DNA of 64,000 nt from Octopus sinensis (lineage: Eukaryota), in contig NC_043003.1 of the NCBI RefSeq assembly GCF_006345805.1, forward strand, positions 77,810,001 to 77,874,000, written 5' to 3'. Shown one piece after another: positions 13,335-26,967 of this stretch; the stretch's first letter is position 1; every line of letters starts with the position of its first letter. The notes under the pieces are model-generated. The model had not been told where the DNA came from, did no database searches, and was given only the letters and a program-made list of their open reading frames with translations. The translations under genes and the position numbers were made by a program.

Positions 13335-14659
13335 TATTGTCAACTTCGGATGATGAAAGACAATGTTGACACCGACGGAGTTTGAATTCAGAACATAATG
13401 AATCAGAAGAAATAAAGCAAAATAGTTCCTCCGACCCTCAAAGGATTCTACCAGTCCACCTCCCTGAACAGTAAGTTGTAATAACAAAATGCTTAGGGAC
13501 GCCTGCCGCATTTAAATCAAATAATAAAGTTGTTGCTAACATACATTATGTAGTGATCCAAGAAATAATCATTATCTTAGTGACCAACTCGTGTCAAAAA
13601 AGTAGGAGACAATCTCGAGAAATTAATTAATCAAAAATAGACTAGTGTAGAGCGAGCCTGTTGTTTTGGCCCTATGGATTCAAGATTTTCACAGTGCTCG
13701 AAGTTTACGTCTGTGAGAGTAATCAAAGCATGGAATATGTGTGTAATTTATTTCAACCAGGTCTTTTGTGAGATAAGTAACTTAGCTATGTATATAGGCT
13801 GATGGAGAGATACGAATGGAGAGGCCGTATCTATGTATATAGGCCGATTGAGAGATCGGCAGTCCGCCACCATATCAATACAACCTATGGTAATACTTTA
13901 CTAATGGGATAAACCGAATGAAATCTCAGATAATATGAGATTGAACTCATTCGTCTGTATTTCAAATGCAATCCGCTAACCTCGATAACATAATTACACC
14001 TATCAGAACATAACACCTGAACATTACTTTAACTAAAGTATTAATTCGCTGCGTTTTAGGCACATTGTTCATCCCTGATCGGTGATGTCGAAATAAAGTG
14101 TTAGTGTTCCTTAATTATATATACGATGCATGTGTTATATAGTTAATAACATACTCTGTGTAATTAGCATTAACTGTTTTGCTTTAAAGGGAAGAGCTTT
14201 GCACTTGCTATACCTTTGGGTATTTTCGGCTTATTTCTATCGAGATCGCGAGTCATAAGCAGAACGATTATATATATTTTTACTACTTATTTGATATGAT
14301 ATTGGAAGTCCAACTGGAGGTTCATAGTTCGTTTCCTATCATCGTTCTATACTTGTTGCCGAAATAACACCTATAAGATATTTGACTTTAACTAAGTATC
14401 AACAGAAGATAGATACAAGGCAATAATTTAAATGAGCGTTACGAGAACTCTTCATAGTAAACAACTAATTCTATATAGCCCAAAGTTCAATCCCTCTCGT
14501 AGTCGTGGTCCATGGTAGTAGCTCTTACACCCTGGTATATATTTTCATCTAATTCTTTCACGAAATAGACTTTATAAAATTTATTTCAATACAGTTTTTT
14601 TTTTTTTGAAATGTATTGGATAATTTTAAGTAGATGTGAATAAAAACTATATGTGACAC

Positions 14660-15290
14660 TTTTAATGGCGCTTTAGGGAACCACTAAAGACCTTAGTTTC
14701 ATATGAAGTATCTTGGGTATTCATCCTTCTCCAAATTATATTCACAGAAGATTGACAATGTATCTTCTTCAATCAGTTGCCTGATAGTGTTGCCATTTAG
14801 AGTTTGTGGTATTGTTGGCCTGGAAATTTCCGCTATAATTCAATTCAAAATTGATATCTTTCCGGTATGGACGGGTTGATGGTCTTCTTGATCTCCTCTA
14901 TTGCCGATCAGAAAGTCTAGCCTCACCAAGTGTTGGCCGCTGTGAGAGTTGGTCTAGAACAGTAAAGGATATTCTACCAAACTAAGTAGTGTTCTCTCCA
15001 TCTTTTACTGCTGCTACTTTAACCATGACTTGCTAAGAGAGGAATGGTCCCTACCTAGGTGATTCATACACAGTCTCGACCAACTGAAGATCTAATTTCG
15101 GCTACACGTCAGCTGTTTGATGATTCCATTTTTGTGTTCATCGAATTGTTATTCAGACCAGATTCCGATTTCCACTCCCACCGACATTTTACTTGCAGGG
15201 TAAGTATCAGGTACATCGATGACACAAGCCTGAAAGAGGTTAGAAATAGTCATGGAAATATATCCTTCTTTCTTGACTAACTTATTTTTA
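14660..15290 (-). pseudogene. Highly decayed RTE-like ORF2 fragment (region upstream of RT)
   Basis: Broken frames suggest PT...IEEIKKTIN...IIAEIFQA...IWRRMN; judged by resemblance only. Confidence 0.4.
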
Positions 15291-16490
15291 AACAAACCAA
15301 AGATTGCTGCTCAAAAAAGCTACAAGGTAACCACTATAGTTTTGATACAAATCGTATAATCGTATACAGAAAATTTAAATTGTCTAAGCATACAACATAA
15401 TGACAAATCACAGGCAGTCATCTGGTTGATATAGCATATCTAAACGGAGAAAATCTTCATTTCTGGTTCAATTTATGTTCTGCCAGTTTCATAGTAGAAC
15501 TTGGTTCAATAAATATTTTCTTAGATCCAAGACGTTATGGCCTGATGAGATTTTATCAGCAAAGGAATATGTGACTTTTTACCCTGTCAACTATAAACAG
15601 TGTTTGGCAGTGAAAAGGGTGTCTGTGTCTGTCCGCGACTACAATGACACACAAAGCAATCAGCGAAAGCGTACTACAAGCTACAAGGTTACACTCTCTT
15701 GAAAGATATAGCCAATCTACAGCAACGTATAGTAAACATCTGCCCACCAATGTTGTATGACACCCACTTTTTCTCCATTTGCTATGCTGAACATTCTAGC
15801 CATATACAACACGTGCCCACGTTATTCTTCCTTTACTCATCTTTACCGTGCAACACCTTGACACACCTGTATCAACTTTTGTCACTCCTTCAGTACATCA
15901 ACTGACACATCTGCATCCTCTCCCATAAACATCAGATACGGCTAAATGTTTTAAAAGTTTGCTTTAAAATCACACATTTCCAGGTTCGAACCCAATGCAC
16001 AGTACCTCCTGCAACCATCTTAAGTAAAGTAAATGAGTCTCTGATAATTTCAGCAAGTGAGTTACCTGCTCACTGAATATTCCACAGTCGTGTGTACCAT
16101 TAACGTAGTCCTCAGGTAGAAATCAATATGATACAGAGCGTGACTAGGCTGTATCCTTTAAATTACATGCGCAATCCATCAAACAAACTTGCACACATTT
16201 TAGACCGAAATTTCCTTACATGCCCGAAATGTCACACTGGTGACGAACGCATAACGTCGAGATTGTGAAGCGAACTTCTTTCGGCTATTCTACAGCCACT
16301 TTCTGTATAAGAATTATAATAAGAATTATCGAATGACTTTCATTGTTATGAATATTATATTTAGCTATCAATGTTTTTCTCTGACTCTCTCCTTTTCTCT
16401 ATTTCTTTCTCTCTCCACATACACACACACATGCACACATAAGCAAACGCTACACGCACACATACACACAAGTACACGCATGCACTCACA

Positions 16491-16520
<30 letters not shown>

Positions 16521-16524
<4 letters not shown>

Positions 16525-17049
16525 GTGTCCCAGAATTAACTATTTCAATGAAATCGGGCAAATTTTAAAAAAACTGACAGAAGTTTATGTTTATTACTTA
16601 ATTATGATACCGAAACAAATATATTTATAAATCTCACGTCAAAACGTTAGCGAATATTTTCAACATGTGCTCTATCCGTATCCCCGCAAATTTCAGATCT
16701 ATCCTCAGCGTTGCGAAACACATTTTGAAGCATTTCAGGAGTAATCCCCAGCACAGCTAACTGAAAGCATTTTTTAAGTTCAGCAAAAAAAATTGCTCCA
16801 TCCTTGGGTTGGAGGTAGGGAAAATGATCGCAGCCAAATTGAAAAAAAAGTTGTCGTGGACAGATAAATGGGAGCCAACAGGAATTAAAATAAAATTATG
16901 AAAAATTATATAAAAATTATAAAATTATATACAAAATTAAAAATTCATACAATTTTAACACATATTAAACATAAGAATAAATAAAAGTGAGTTTAAAAAA
17001 AAAATTGTCCGGTTACAATGGAATAGATAGTTAATACTAGGACACCCTA
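16521..17049 (-). mobile_element. Tc1/mariner (DD37D-like) MITE with transposase C-terminal remnant
   Basis: TIRs CAGGGTGTCCCAGAATTAACTAT / revcomp TAGGGTGTCCTAGTATTAACTAT; minus frame ITPEMLQNVFRNAEDRSEICGDTDRAHVENI. Confidence 0.75.
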
Positions 17050-17129
17050 AATATATATTGTGTTGGTGGGTGGGTGGTGGTGGGGGGCGTGTACGCCTAT
17101 GTGTCTATCAATGAACAAAAATCCTTCCT

Positions 17130-17320
17130 ACTCATAGACTTATAAAGCCGGTTTCCTAGAGTCAGTCGCAGAATTACTCATTTTTGCCAGCTAATTGGAT
17201 TGGAGCAACGTGAAATTAAGTGTTTTGCTCAAGAACACAACGCATCGCCTGGACCAGGAATCGAAACCACAATCTTATGATGATGAGCGCAACGCCCTAA
17301 CCACTAATCCACGCGCCCTG
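17130..17320 (-). mobile_element. tRNA-derived CORE-like SINE, partial
   Basis: GGAGCAACGTGAAATTAAGTGTTTTGCTCAAGAACAC shared with the 23581 copy; B-box-like sequence. Confidence 0.7.
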
Positions 17321-17527
17321 CATAAACGTATATACATGTATACATGCATACATATGTGTGTGTGTGTGTGTGTGTGTCCAGAACCACTCCTTGGAATATT
17401 ACCCTTGTTTAATCAAAAAAGTTGAATCTCTCATTGTACACCCCAAAAAGGTAAGCAATTATTTCAGCTCTGAATAGTTACCGAAGACCTTCATTAAAGT
17501 ATTAATTACAAATCTAGGACTAAGTAG

Positions 17528-17564
<37 letters not shown>

Positions 17565-18118
17565 ATACACACACTCATGCACACGCAAACACTCTCCCGC
17601 TCTCTCTCTCCCTCTCATATGGGATTACTACATCGGTTCTTGTCAACTCTTCACCAACCAATAAACCTCACTTGACTCCGTCCATCTCCCCTACGACATC
17701 ACATTAATCTCCATTCCTTTGAAACCAGCAAGAACGGATTACACAAATCCTTCCAGAAAAAGCAACCAAATATCCGTCAACTGAAATTCTGTTGTCTCGA
17801 AAAAGTACATTTTACTAATGAAACCTAAGGTACACATTGCCTGAAACAGAGATGGAAGTGTTATGGCTGGAGCGTCTCTGATTATAACTATAATGAGCTT
17901 AGCAGTGCGAGGAAGAAGTCGAAAGACTGAGGTGAATAGTAGCAGTTATATTAATGGTTGAGGGTGACTAACGACAGTACTCATGAACTTGCAGACCCCT
18001 GTAGGCTATTTGTGAGATTGAAGCTGTAGATTCATACCCTGAAACAGTTTCAGATTTTCTATAAGTGTCCTGCATGTTGTTTGTGAATGCTTGACCTAGC
18101 TGACTGCCGCTAAATGTA

Positions 18119-18505
18119 GGGGAAGGAAGCACTCCATCGGTTACGACGACGAGGGTTCCGGTTGATCCGAATCAACGGAACAGCCTGCTCGTGAAATTAA
18201 CGTGTAAGTGGCTGAGCACTCCACAGACACGTGTACGCTTAACGTAGTTCTCGGGGATATTCAGCGTGACACAGAGAGTGACAAGGCCGGCCCTTTGAAA
18301 TACAGGTACAACAGAAACAGGAAGTAAGAGTGAGAGAAAGTTGTGCTGAAAGAGTACAGCAGGGATCACCACCATCCCCTGCCGGAGCCTCGTGGAGCTT
18401 AGGTGTTTTCGCTCAATAAACACTCACAACGCCCGGTCTGGGAATCGAAACCGCGATCCTATGACCGCGAGTCCGCTGCTCTAACCACTGGGCCATTGCG
18501 CCTCC
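18119..18505 (-). mobile_element. Full-length tRNA-derived SINE with 16-bp target-site duplication
   Basis: Head TGGAGGCGCAATGGCCCAGTGGTTAGAGC...GGTTTCGATTCC; TSD ACTGCCGCTAAATGTA at 18103-18118 and 18506-18521. Confidence 0.92.
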
Positions 18506-18574
18506 ACTGCCGCTAAATGTACGCAGCGACCAAATAGTTGGTGTTTATGCTAGCCCACTATTGACACCGCACCT

Positions 18575-18830
18575 TCTAGTTTTATTCTTTTATTCGTTTC
18601 AGTCCGAAAGCTGTAGTCATGTTGGGACATCGACACTATCTTCATCGTTCCCATGGTCATTGTAGTTAGCTTTTGGTGATGGAGGGAGTTTGATGTTGCT
18701 GCTCTCATTTGAGTTTCTTTTTATGATATAGGTTCATCTGGGATCTTGGACAGCAGAAGGTCAAGGTGTTTCTTGAAAACATCTACCCCCACTCCATGTA
18801 GGTTAAACCATTTTTTTCTTTACACCATTA
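18575..18830 (-). mobile_element. CR1-group LINE 3' fragment (older relative of the 6836-8958 copy)
   Basis: GVDVFKKHLDLLLSKIPDEPIS*KETQMRAATSNSL matches the C-terminus of ORF 8313-8876; similar tail. Confidence 0.8.
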
Positions 18831-19069
18831 ACAATTTCTTGTTAATTCTGTAAATTTTCTCATCTAAACTTTATATAAAAAGAACCTTTCTAACTATTTA
18901 AGTACACTATGAAAATGGACGTAATTACAATGAAATTACAGAAAGCATTATTCTTCTTTTATTATTCTTAATTTTAATGCTATATAGGCAGTACGGTTAT
19001 TAACCATATAGTGGCGACTATTTGTGAATAAATCCGTTAACAAAGCAGGAAATAATAAGATAAATCAGA

Positions 19070-19170
19070 AGAAGGAAAAGAAGAAGAAGAAGAAGAAGAA
19101 GAAGAAGAAGAAGAAGAAGAAGAAGAAGAAGAAGAAGAAGAAGAAGAAGGAGGAGGAGAAGAAGAAGAGG
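19070..19170. repeat. (GAA)n microsatellite
   Basis: Direct reading. Confidence 0.95.
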
Positions 19171-19964
19171 TGTGGGGAGAAAGGAGGACCAATTGCTACA
19201 ATCCGATTAAATTTACAATCTTCTTTTGAGGGAATAAATTGCAGATTAGTGTTGAGAATCATTTATATTCAGACGAAAGATTCCATATGATTAAGGAACT
19301 ACTGCTTCTTTTCATTCCTTCAATTGTAAATCTTGCATATTTTTTTTTGGTGTTGCTTTTTTTGTTTGTTTGTTTTGTTTTTTCAGACATTTCTGATTTG
19401 AAGTTGAAATTTGTTTTGTTTTTGTTTTTTACTTTGTGTTTCTTTGTTAATTATTTTAGTTTCTGTTTCTCTTTATTATTTATTCATTAAATTTTTTTTT
19501 TCTAGTTAATTTTTCGTTCAGTTTGCCTGAAGGCAATTTGAACTTTGCTGTCGTATTATAACACACAAATGCATCGATCTCTTCATCACAAGGCCAAAAG
19601 TGCTGTTATTTACCCCATGACAAACCAGATCGAGCAGACATGTAGCACAAGATAATCCAGCCGTGACCTTCTCGGTTTTTTTTTCTAGTAATAGTGTATC
19701 CATGAGTACATTATCCAATATCTCCTTCCATTTTTAAGACGAAGTCAGTTGAAAGAGATGCAGCTGCTACTTCTAGGCCCGATGGGGCAAAAATTTCATA
19801 AATACGAAACGTCGTGTTTCCTTTAAATTCTATAGAAAATCTTTAAAATGAAAACTACTCATTGCTAAGACAAATGTTGGTCACAATACTGACATATAAA
19901 TCTTTAATATACTTAATAGTACATTATGGTTGCAAGACGACATACGATGTCCCTACCAGCAATT

Positions 19965-20982
19965 GGCGAGCTGGCAGAAATGTTAGTATGCCGGGCGAAA
20001 TGCTTAGCGGTATTTCGTCTGCCGCTACGTTCTGAGTTCAAATTCCGCCGAGGTCGACTTTGCCTTTTATCCTTTCGGGGTCGATTAAATAAGAACCAGT
20101 TACGCACTGGGGTCGATGTAATCGACTTAATCCGTTTGTCTGTCCTTTTTTGTCCTCTCTGTGTTTAGCCCCTTGTGGGTAGTAAAGAAATAGGTATTTC
20201 GTTTGCCGTTTCGTTCTGAGTTCAAATTCTGCCGAGGTCGACTTTGCCTTTCATTCTTTTGGGGTCGATAAATTAAGTACTAGTTACGTACTGGGATTGA
20301 TCTAATCGACTGCCCCCCCCAAAAAAAATGTCGGGCCTTGTGCCTAGAATAGAAAAGAATATGTATGTACCAGTTAAGGCGGCGAACCGACAGAATCGTT
20401 AGCACGCTGGCAAAATGCTTAGCGGAATTTCATCCGTCTTTACGTTCTAAGTTCAAATTCCGCCGTGGTCGACTTAACCTTTCATCTTTTCAGGATCGAT
20501 AAAATGAATATCAGCAGAGCACTGGGGTCGATGTAATCGACTTACTGCCTTCCCCAAACTTGCTGGCCCCCAACATGTATGTGCTAATCGCCAGAAATGT
20601 GTTTGATATGTAAATTGGTTTCTCCAGTAGTGTTACACCGCTAAGATTAGTAGGTATTTAAGCAATGTATTCATGGTTTGGATGTGGTATTGCAAAAGAA
20701 GCAATAACTCCTGAAATATGCGTATACACCTATTATTTATTATTCTATTTCGATCGCATTGTTTACATGGAAACATACGAAACAAGGCGGCGAAATGCTT
20801 GGCGGTATTTCGTCTGTCTTTACGTTATAAGTTCAAATTCCGCCGAGGTCGACTTTGCCTTTACATCCTTTCGGGGTCGATAAATTAAGTACCAGTTACG
20901 CACTGGGGTCGATGTAATCCCTTTGTCTGTCCTTGTTTGTCCCCTCTGTGTTTAGCCCCTTGTGGGCAATAAAGAAATAAGA
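19965..20982 (+). mobile_element. Cluster of family B SINEs (dimer 19965-20360, monomers ~20376-20568 and ~20785-20982)
   Basis: Repeated GGCGAGCTGGCAG...GTTCAAATTCCGCCGAGGTCGACTTTGCCTTTCATCCTTTCGGGGTCGAT core. Confidence 0.9.
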
Positions 20983-21234
20983 AATATACGAAACATCGTA
21001 AATTTCAATGCTAACTCTAAATTCTATAGAAAATCTGAGATAAACTTAGTTAAAATAGATCCTTTCTATTATAGGTACAAGGTCTGCAATTCGGGAGAGG
21101 GAACCACTCGATTACAACGACCCCAGTGCTTAACTGTTACTTATTTTATCGACCCCGAAAGAAGAAGAAGAAGAAGAAGAAGAAGAAGATCATAACTGAC
21201 CATCACCTTTATCACCGTCATAGGTACAGCAAGA

Positions 21235-21400
21235 AAGGCGATGCAAATGATGGTGCAATACAGGAGACCTAGCTGTTATACGGTGTGGAAATAAGGGCTA
21301 TTTCAGGACTTTTAGTCTGGAAGAAACTGAAAGGTGGGTGATGGGAGAGCAGCAGAACCGACAACAACAACATCCTCAATCTTCATAACTGATACCAAGT
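21235..21400 (+). pseudogene. LINE ORF1 (gag-like) zinc-knuckle remnant
   Basis: Frameshifted RRPSCY-RCGNKGYFRTF resembles a CCHC knuckle. Confidence 0.4.
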
Positions 21401-21719
21401 AGCAGATTATCAGGACTCCGGAGACTCTCTGCCAGTAGTGTTACCTCATCATTTTGCTACAATGACGTGGGTCAATAAGTATGATCATTGAAACCCCTAC
21501 ATGATCACATGTTATTTCTGGCTACCTCAGAACTCACAACCTGACCAGACTGTGATACGAAGTTGTCAACGAACCAAAAGTTAAACGTCATTGTCTATAA
21601 CCCTCGTATAGCGTCAATTCTTTTATTGCAGAACTAATGTATAGGATATAATCCATCATCTCTGCCTGCTTCTTTGTCCCGTCTTCATTAAAAAAAACAT
21701 AAAAAACCGGCGTATGGCT

Positions 21720-22430
21720 TAGTTGATTATTTCCATGAGATCGAGTTATCTTTTTGTTGCTGGTAACTACGATAATGGTACGGTTAGCTACAATGGTGGC
21801 CGTAATGGCGATAGCGAAAGGTTCTCAAGGATGGTGGAGGCGATTATGACAGAGCAGACTAATGTTGCTGTTGCTGCAACTGTTTCAGCCTTCACGGATT
21901 TTTTCCTTCGCTTTTATTGCTGCTGTTGCAGGTGTTACTCTTAGTGCGGACTGTCGTTGTTATATGTGATGACAATAGTCGTTTTTGGTGGGGGTTGAGA
22001 TGGTTGAAGCAGCGGTGAGCGTGCTGCTATTAATTTTGTCTCGTGTTTTCCACCGTCGACCATGTCTCCACTGCCTCAGCTGTAACTATCGTCTGCATAG
22101 TCACATTAGCCGTTCTTTCCTCCATTTCAAGCGGTACAGCGAAGGGGTGGTTCTTCTAAGTGCATATCCTTCTTACTCTCAATGTCATCGCCTCTCTTCT
22201 ATGCCGATCTCTTTCGTTGTTGTGGTACTTTTTGCAAACAGCAGTTTTAAGACAGCTTCTCGAAAATTTTGAGCAATGAATTCGATCCGTTACAGAGGCT
22301 CCGACAAGGAACTGACCAACTCCTGCCGTTTCTGATCACTTCCGCAGCCAAATAAACCACAAATAAGCGACAACAAAACTTCTGTTAGAACAAAACTCCT
22401 AAATAACCAAACAAGACAAAACTCAGACGG
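21720..22430 (-). pseudogene. Probable decayed LINE ORF1/5' region (low-complexity T/A/Q-rich coding-like sequence)
   Basis: Interrupted frames such as MEERTANVTMQTIVTAEAVETWSTVENTR; many stops. Confidence 0.3.
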
Positions 22431-23156
22431 AGAGCAATAATATTAATAATGAGGATAATGATGATGATAAGATAAAAGATTTAAAAAAATAATATACATA
22501 CAGCTTTCATTGTTGGATCCATAATTTTTGAGCTACAAGCACTATTTAAATTAAAGTATGTAGACAGTTAGCTGAAATCACATCGAAGCAAATATATAAT
22601 TAAACATCTCTTAGCTAATATCTTCAAATTAAGTCACGTTCTTACATATTTTTTTCTTTTTATTGTATCAAATTTATTCATTTCTTTTATTCGTTGCTTT
22701 TTTTTTCCATATTACAGTTATAATTTCATTAAACACATTTCAAACCTTTTTTATCTTTAATTAAAATATATATATCCCACCCTTCAGGGCGAAAATTATA
22801 TTCATATAATGGATTTTTCAGGATTTTCAACCCAGGGGCCCAAGGCTAAATAGTATTGTAAAATTTGCTGCAGTTTTACAATAATTATTAGTTGCGGTTT
22901 TTAATTTTTCGTAAATAATTTTTAAATAAGCAACATGTTTTAAAGCAAGACTTTAAGTTCATCGAAAGAAATAATTTATTTATGTATTCAGGCGATTAAA
23001 TCATCAAACAAATATGTTATTCGAAGTTTAACGATAACGACATAAAAATAATCATGTTAATCTTAATATGAATTTACATGCGTTTATATATAAATTTTCC
23101 GTACAACCTATATGTGTGCGTGTGCGTCTGTGCGTGTGCGTCTGTGCGTGTGCGTC

Positions 23157-23195
<39 letters not shown>

Positions 23196-23580
23196 TGCTT
23201 TACTATAAAAGGTCATTAAAAAATTTGAATGGTTGGTTTGAGACAATTTACTCGTCTCATTCAAAATATGTCTTCACTATTCTCGTGAGAAAAATGTCTT
23301 ACAATTATTCTAGAGTTCCATTCAAAACTATGATGCATTACAGGGATATACATCGGCTGAATATTTTACGAGCACTTCATTTTATCAACGCCAACGGAAT
23401 GAAAGGCAAAAGTGAGCTCAGCAAGATTTGAACTCAGAACATAAAGGGCTTTTAAACAAATATGCTATCCTTTCTTTACCATATGAACCACTTACTGGCA
23501 TTCGCTGAAATACTAAGAGACAGGAGTTTATTAATTTTTAACAGCTGGAATTTTTTTTTCAAATACAACGCTAAAACATG

Positions 23581-23913
23581 AAGACCCTCTTCGATCATGA
23601 ATGACCATGAGATTGCACCTAGAAAGTTACCCTCCCAGGCACAAGTCCGGACAAGGTTGTTTGTGGAAGGCCAGCAGTCACCCATGCATACCAGCCTCCT
23701 CTCTCCACACCATTGATGTTATCCAAGGGAAAAACAAAGACCGATACAGCTTGGCACCAGTGATGTCGCAACTCATTTCTACAGCTGAGTAAACTGGAGC
23801 AACGTGAAATAAAGTGTCTTGCTCAAGAACACAACACGCAGCCCGATCCGAGAATCGAACTCGCTTCACGATCGTAAGCTCGACGCTCTAACCACTGAGC
23901 CATGCGCCTTCAC
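23581..23913 (-). mobile_element. Full-length tRNA-derived CORE-like SINE with 16-bp TSD
   Basis: Head GGCGCATGGCTCAGTGGTTAGAGC...GTTCGATTC; CORE-like TGTGTTCTTGAGCAAGACACTT; TSD ACAACGCTAAAACATG at 23565-23580 and 23914-23929. Confidence 0.92.
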
Positions 23914-24059
23914 ACAACGCTAAAACATGGATATTATAAAAACTTGTAAGAATAAACAAGGCAAGGTTATGTAAAAACGAAGGAGTAAGAACGTTAAGCA
24001 ATAAACATTAAACATTTGATACGGATAAAAGCACATGTATAAAAGTACAAAAATGCACA

Positions 24060-24995
24060 ATGAACCACCCACTCGTGAGCGCAGCTATTTGATGGGAACT
24101 CGACAGCATTAGGGAAGTTTCTGTTTTTCAGGTTCCCCAAAAACTTTTTCCGTTTCTATTTCCTCTTCACCCCGACATCAGGTGAGCTCATCTTGACTAC
24201 ATTGGTGTATCGACAAAGTATCGGTGCGAGATCCACTTGGAGCTGAAGCATATATGCATAAATAAGTTAATACTTGTTTGTGTCTCTATTAAGGTAGGAT
24301 TTTAAAGGGGTAAAGCTTCTCTTGATTGTAGTGGTGGCCACAGAACTGTCCTTCTATACTTATTGTTTCTGTTCCCATTGTTGTTTTGGTGGTTTCTGTT
24401 CCAGTTACTGCTATAAATGCTGTAGTTGATACTGTTGCTATTGTGGTTGATGTTATTGTGTTGTCGTTGGTGTTGTTATCATTGTTGATGTGACTGATTA
24501 TCAAGAACAGTGAATCGTGAGATGAATGGCGTGGCACCATATGTACAGTATCTGGCCCATCTCCCTTCCACCGCTACAAACAGTTGGGTGCTGTTTAGTA
24601 GCTGAGGCAGGTCAAAATTTTGATCTTTTGATATCCTTTTGGATCAGGAGCCTCGACTAGTTCTCCTGGCATCTTCAGGAATCACACATCTTCCACCTCT
24701 TACACAAAACTGCTGCCAATAGGAACCCGATAGCTACTTCTTGCAGCACATTTGTCACCTTCACTTTCACCATTCACCAATTCATATACGAATAAATTAG
24801 CATGAATTTTTCTCTCTTTATCGAGGCGGGAGAGTAGCTCTTCAGCTCACCCTCGGAGAAGAACATCAAGTCCATTGCCCGATAACATGTCACAAGAAAC
24901 AAATATGTTCTGCTTCCACTCTTTTTTCAGACTCTATTTATCCTGTTGTCCACCTTTTTATGCATCTAATTTTAGTGCCGTCAGTGTGGTCATCA
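24060..24995 (-). pseudogene. Decayed L1/Tx1-type LINE: ORF1 remnant plus start of endonuclease
   Basis: EELLSRLDKERKFMLIYSY...VKVKVTNVLQE; VAVEGRWARYCTYGATP (decayed knuckle); downstream RNGKSFW...SSSHQ. Confidence 0.5.
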
Positions 24996-25140
24996 GTTTT
25001 TAAGACAATTTTACTGGATACTGAAAATGTCGAATATCAGAGTCTAGAATAATTATGCCAATATTCATATCTGCTCGATAAGAACTGGCGTTGAGCAACA
25101 TTATAGGCAACCGCTATTTACAAGGGACGTAGTAATAATA

Positions 25141-25602
25141 TTGGTTTCAAATTTTGGCACAAAGCCAGCAATTTCGGGATAGGGGTAAACTGATTACATT
25201 GATCCCAATACTCAACTGGTACTTATTTTATCGAGCCACGAAAGGATGAAAGTCAAAGTGGACATCGGCGGAATTTGAACTCAGAGCGTAAAGTGGGACG
25301 AAATGTTGCTTAGCATTTTGTCCGGCATGCTAACGTTTCTGCCATCACTCCGGCTGTAACGTAATAATAATAATAATAATAAAGGTTTCAAATTTTGACA
25401 CAAGGCCAGAAATTTCGGAGGAGGGGTTAAGTCGTTTACAGCGACCCCAGTATTCAACTAGTACTTATTTTTATCGACCCTGAAAGGATGTATGTCAAAG
25501 TCGACCTCGGAGGAGTTTGAACTCAGAACACAAAGAGGGACGAAATGCCGCTGAGCATTTTGCCCGGTGTGCTAACAATTTTATCAGCTCGCTGCCCTTA
25601 AC
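25141..25602 (-). mobile_element. Two family B SINEs separated by (TAA)n
   Basis: Reverse-complement core GAAAGGATG..AAAGTCGACCTCGG..GAATTTGAACTCAGA twice. Confidence 0.88.
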
Positions 25603-26593
25603 GTAATAATATAATAATATGATAATATTCGTGAGATGAATGTTAATCGTTTACTAAATGGACAAGATGCAGAGCTTAATCTTAAGCTTAACTTGCATTT
25701 CTATACATTTAATTTTACGAAAAATAAATTGACGAAAAGAAAACACGTAGTAGTTATCCACATATATACAGCTTGTTTAAGAAATAAACATCCATTACAG
25801 TTTAGTTTCTAGATTGTATAGCTGAGTATAAGTAAAAGAAAAAAAGAAAAATGTACTTTATATACTGAAATGATAAAAAATACTTCGGAAAATTACTGAT
25901 TATCTTTATCCCAAACATCCGCGAGAAGTATTTGCATCAGCAAACTACTGCAAAGTATTCTTTCTGTGACTTCTTTGCAGCGAAAAACAAAACCTGACAT
26001 TTGTACAAGTTGGGAAAACTATGAACTGTGAGATACTAGCAACAACAGATATTTCCCTGAAGAAAATTTATAGCAATTCTGAATTATATCTAAACCATGC
26101 GTACATGATGTAGTAAACTTGAGTGATTCAAAAGAGACGTTATAAGGCACGTAGGCAATGATTTTCCAGAACAGCATGAATAAACTTCATATGATTTTAT
26201 AGTTGTGTTGTATTCGTCTGGAGAAGACTATACCGTTATGGATTTCTCGGTATTCATCGAAATATTGATTCTATAAATGTGAATAACATCGGTTATTATG
26301 GTTCATTTCTGTGTGTGCATATTTGTGCGTGCATTTTTGTGTGTGCACATATATGTGGATACGTCTGTGTGTGTATGCTTATGTGATATAGTGACGTGTT
26401 AAGTAAATACATGAGAAGAGTGTATCGTAAGAATACTATTACTTGCTTGCTTCACATTTTTCGCAAAAGTATACAGAATATATTCCAAAACGCTTTATCA
26501 TTATAAACACCTACAACTGCACTTAGTATCATCCCTCACATACACAAAAATAGATACACGGTCTGTCAAATACACATACGATATATATATGTA

Positions 26594-26967
26594 AGGAGTG
26601 GCTGTGCGGTAAGTAGCTTGCTAACCAACCACATGGTTCCGGGTTCAGTCCCACTGCGTGGCATCTTGGGCAAGTGTCTTCTGCTATAGCCTCGGGCCGA
26701 CCAAAGTCTTGTGAGTGGATTTGGTAGACGGAAACTGAAAGAAGCTGTCGTATATATGTATATATATATATGTATGTGTGTGTATATGTGTGTCTGTGTT
26801 TGTCTCTCTAGCATTGCTTGACAACCGATGCTGGTGTGTTTACGTCCCCGTCACTTAGCGGCTCGGCAAAAGAGACCGATAGAATAAGTACTGGGCTTAC
26901 AAAGAATAAGTCCCGGGGTCGATTTGCTCGACTAAAGGCGGTGCTCCAGCATGGCCGCAGTCAAATG
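26594..26967 (+). mobile_element. Family A SINE, near full length
   Basis: tRNA-like head, CORE-like GGGCAAGTGTCTTCT, internal TA/TG repeat, 3' GGCGGTGCTCCAGCATGGCCGCAGTC. Confidence 0.92.

Noticed and set aside
16685-16712. CTGAGGA-TAGATCT-GAAA on the minus strand
   Set aside because: Lies in transposase-coding remnant and lacks viable stems
18420-18505. tRNA-like heads here and in other SINEs as tRNA genes
   Set aside because: They continue into SINE bodies with TSDs; no complete cloverleaf
19518-19760. Higher-complexity stretch after a pyrimidine tract and AG, possible exon
   Set aside because: All plus frames stop within ~40 nt of the AG; the minus ORF has no recognisable homology
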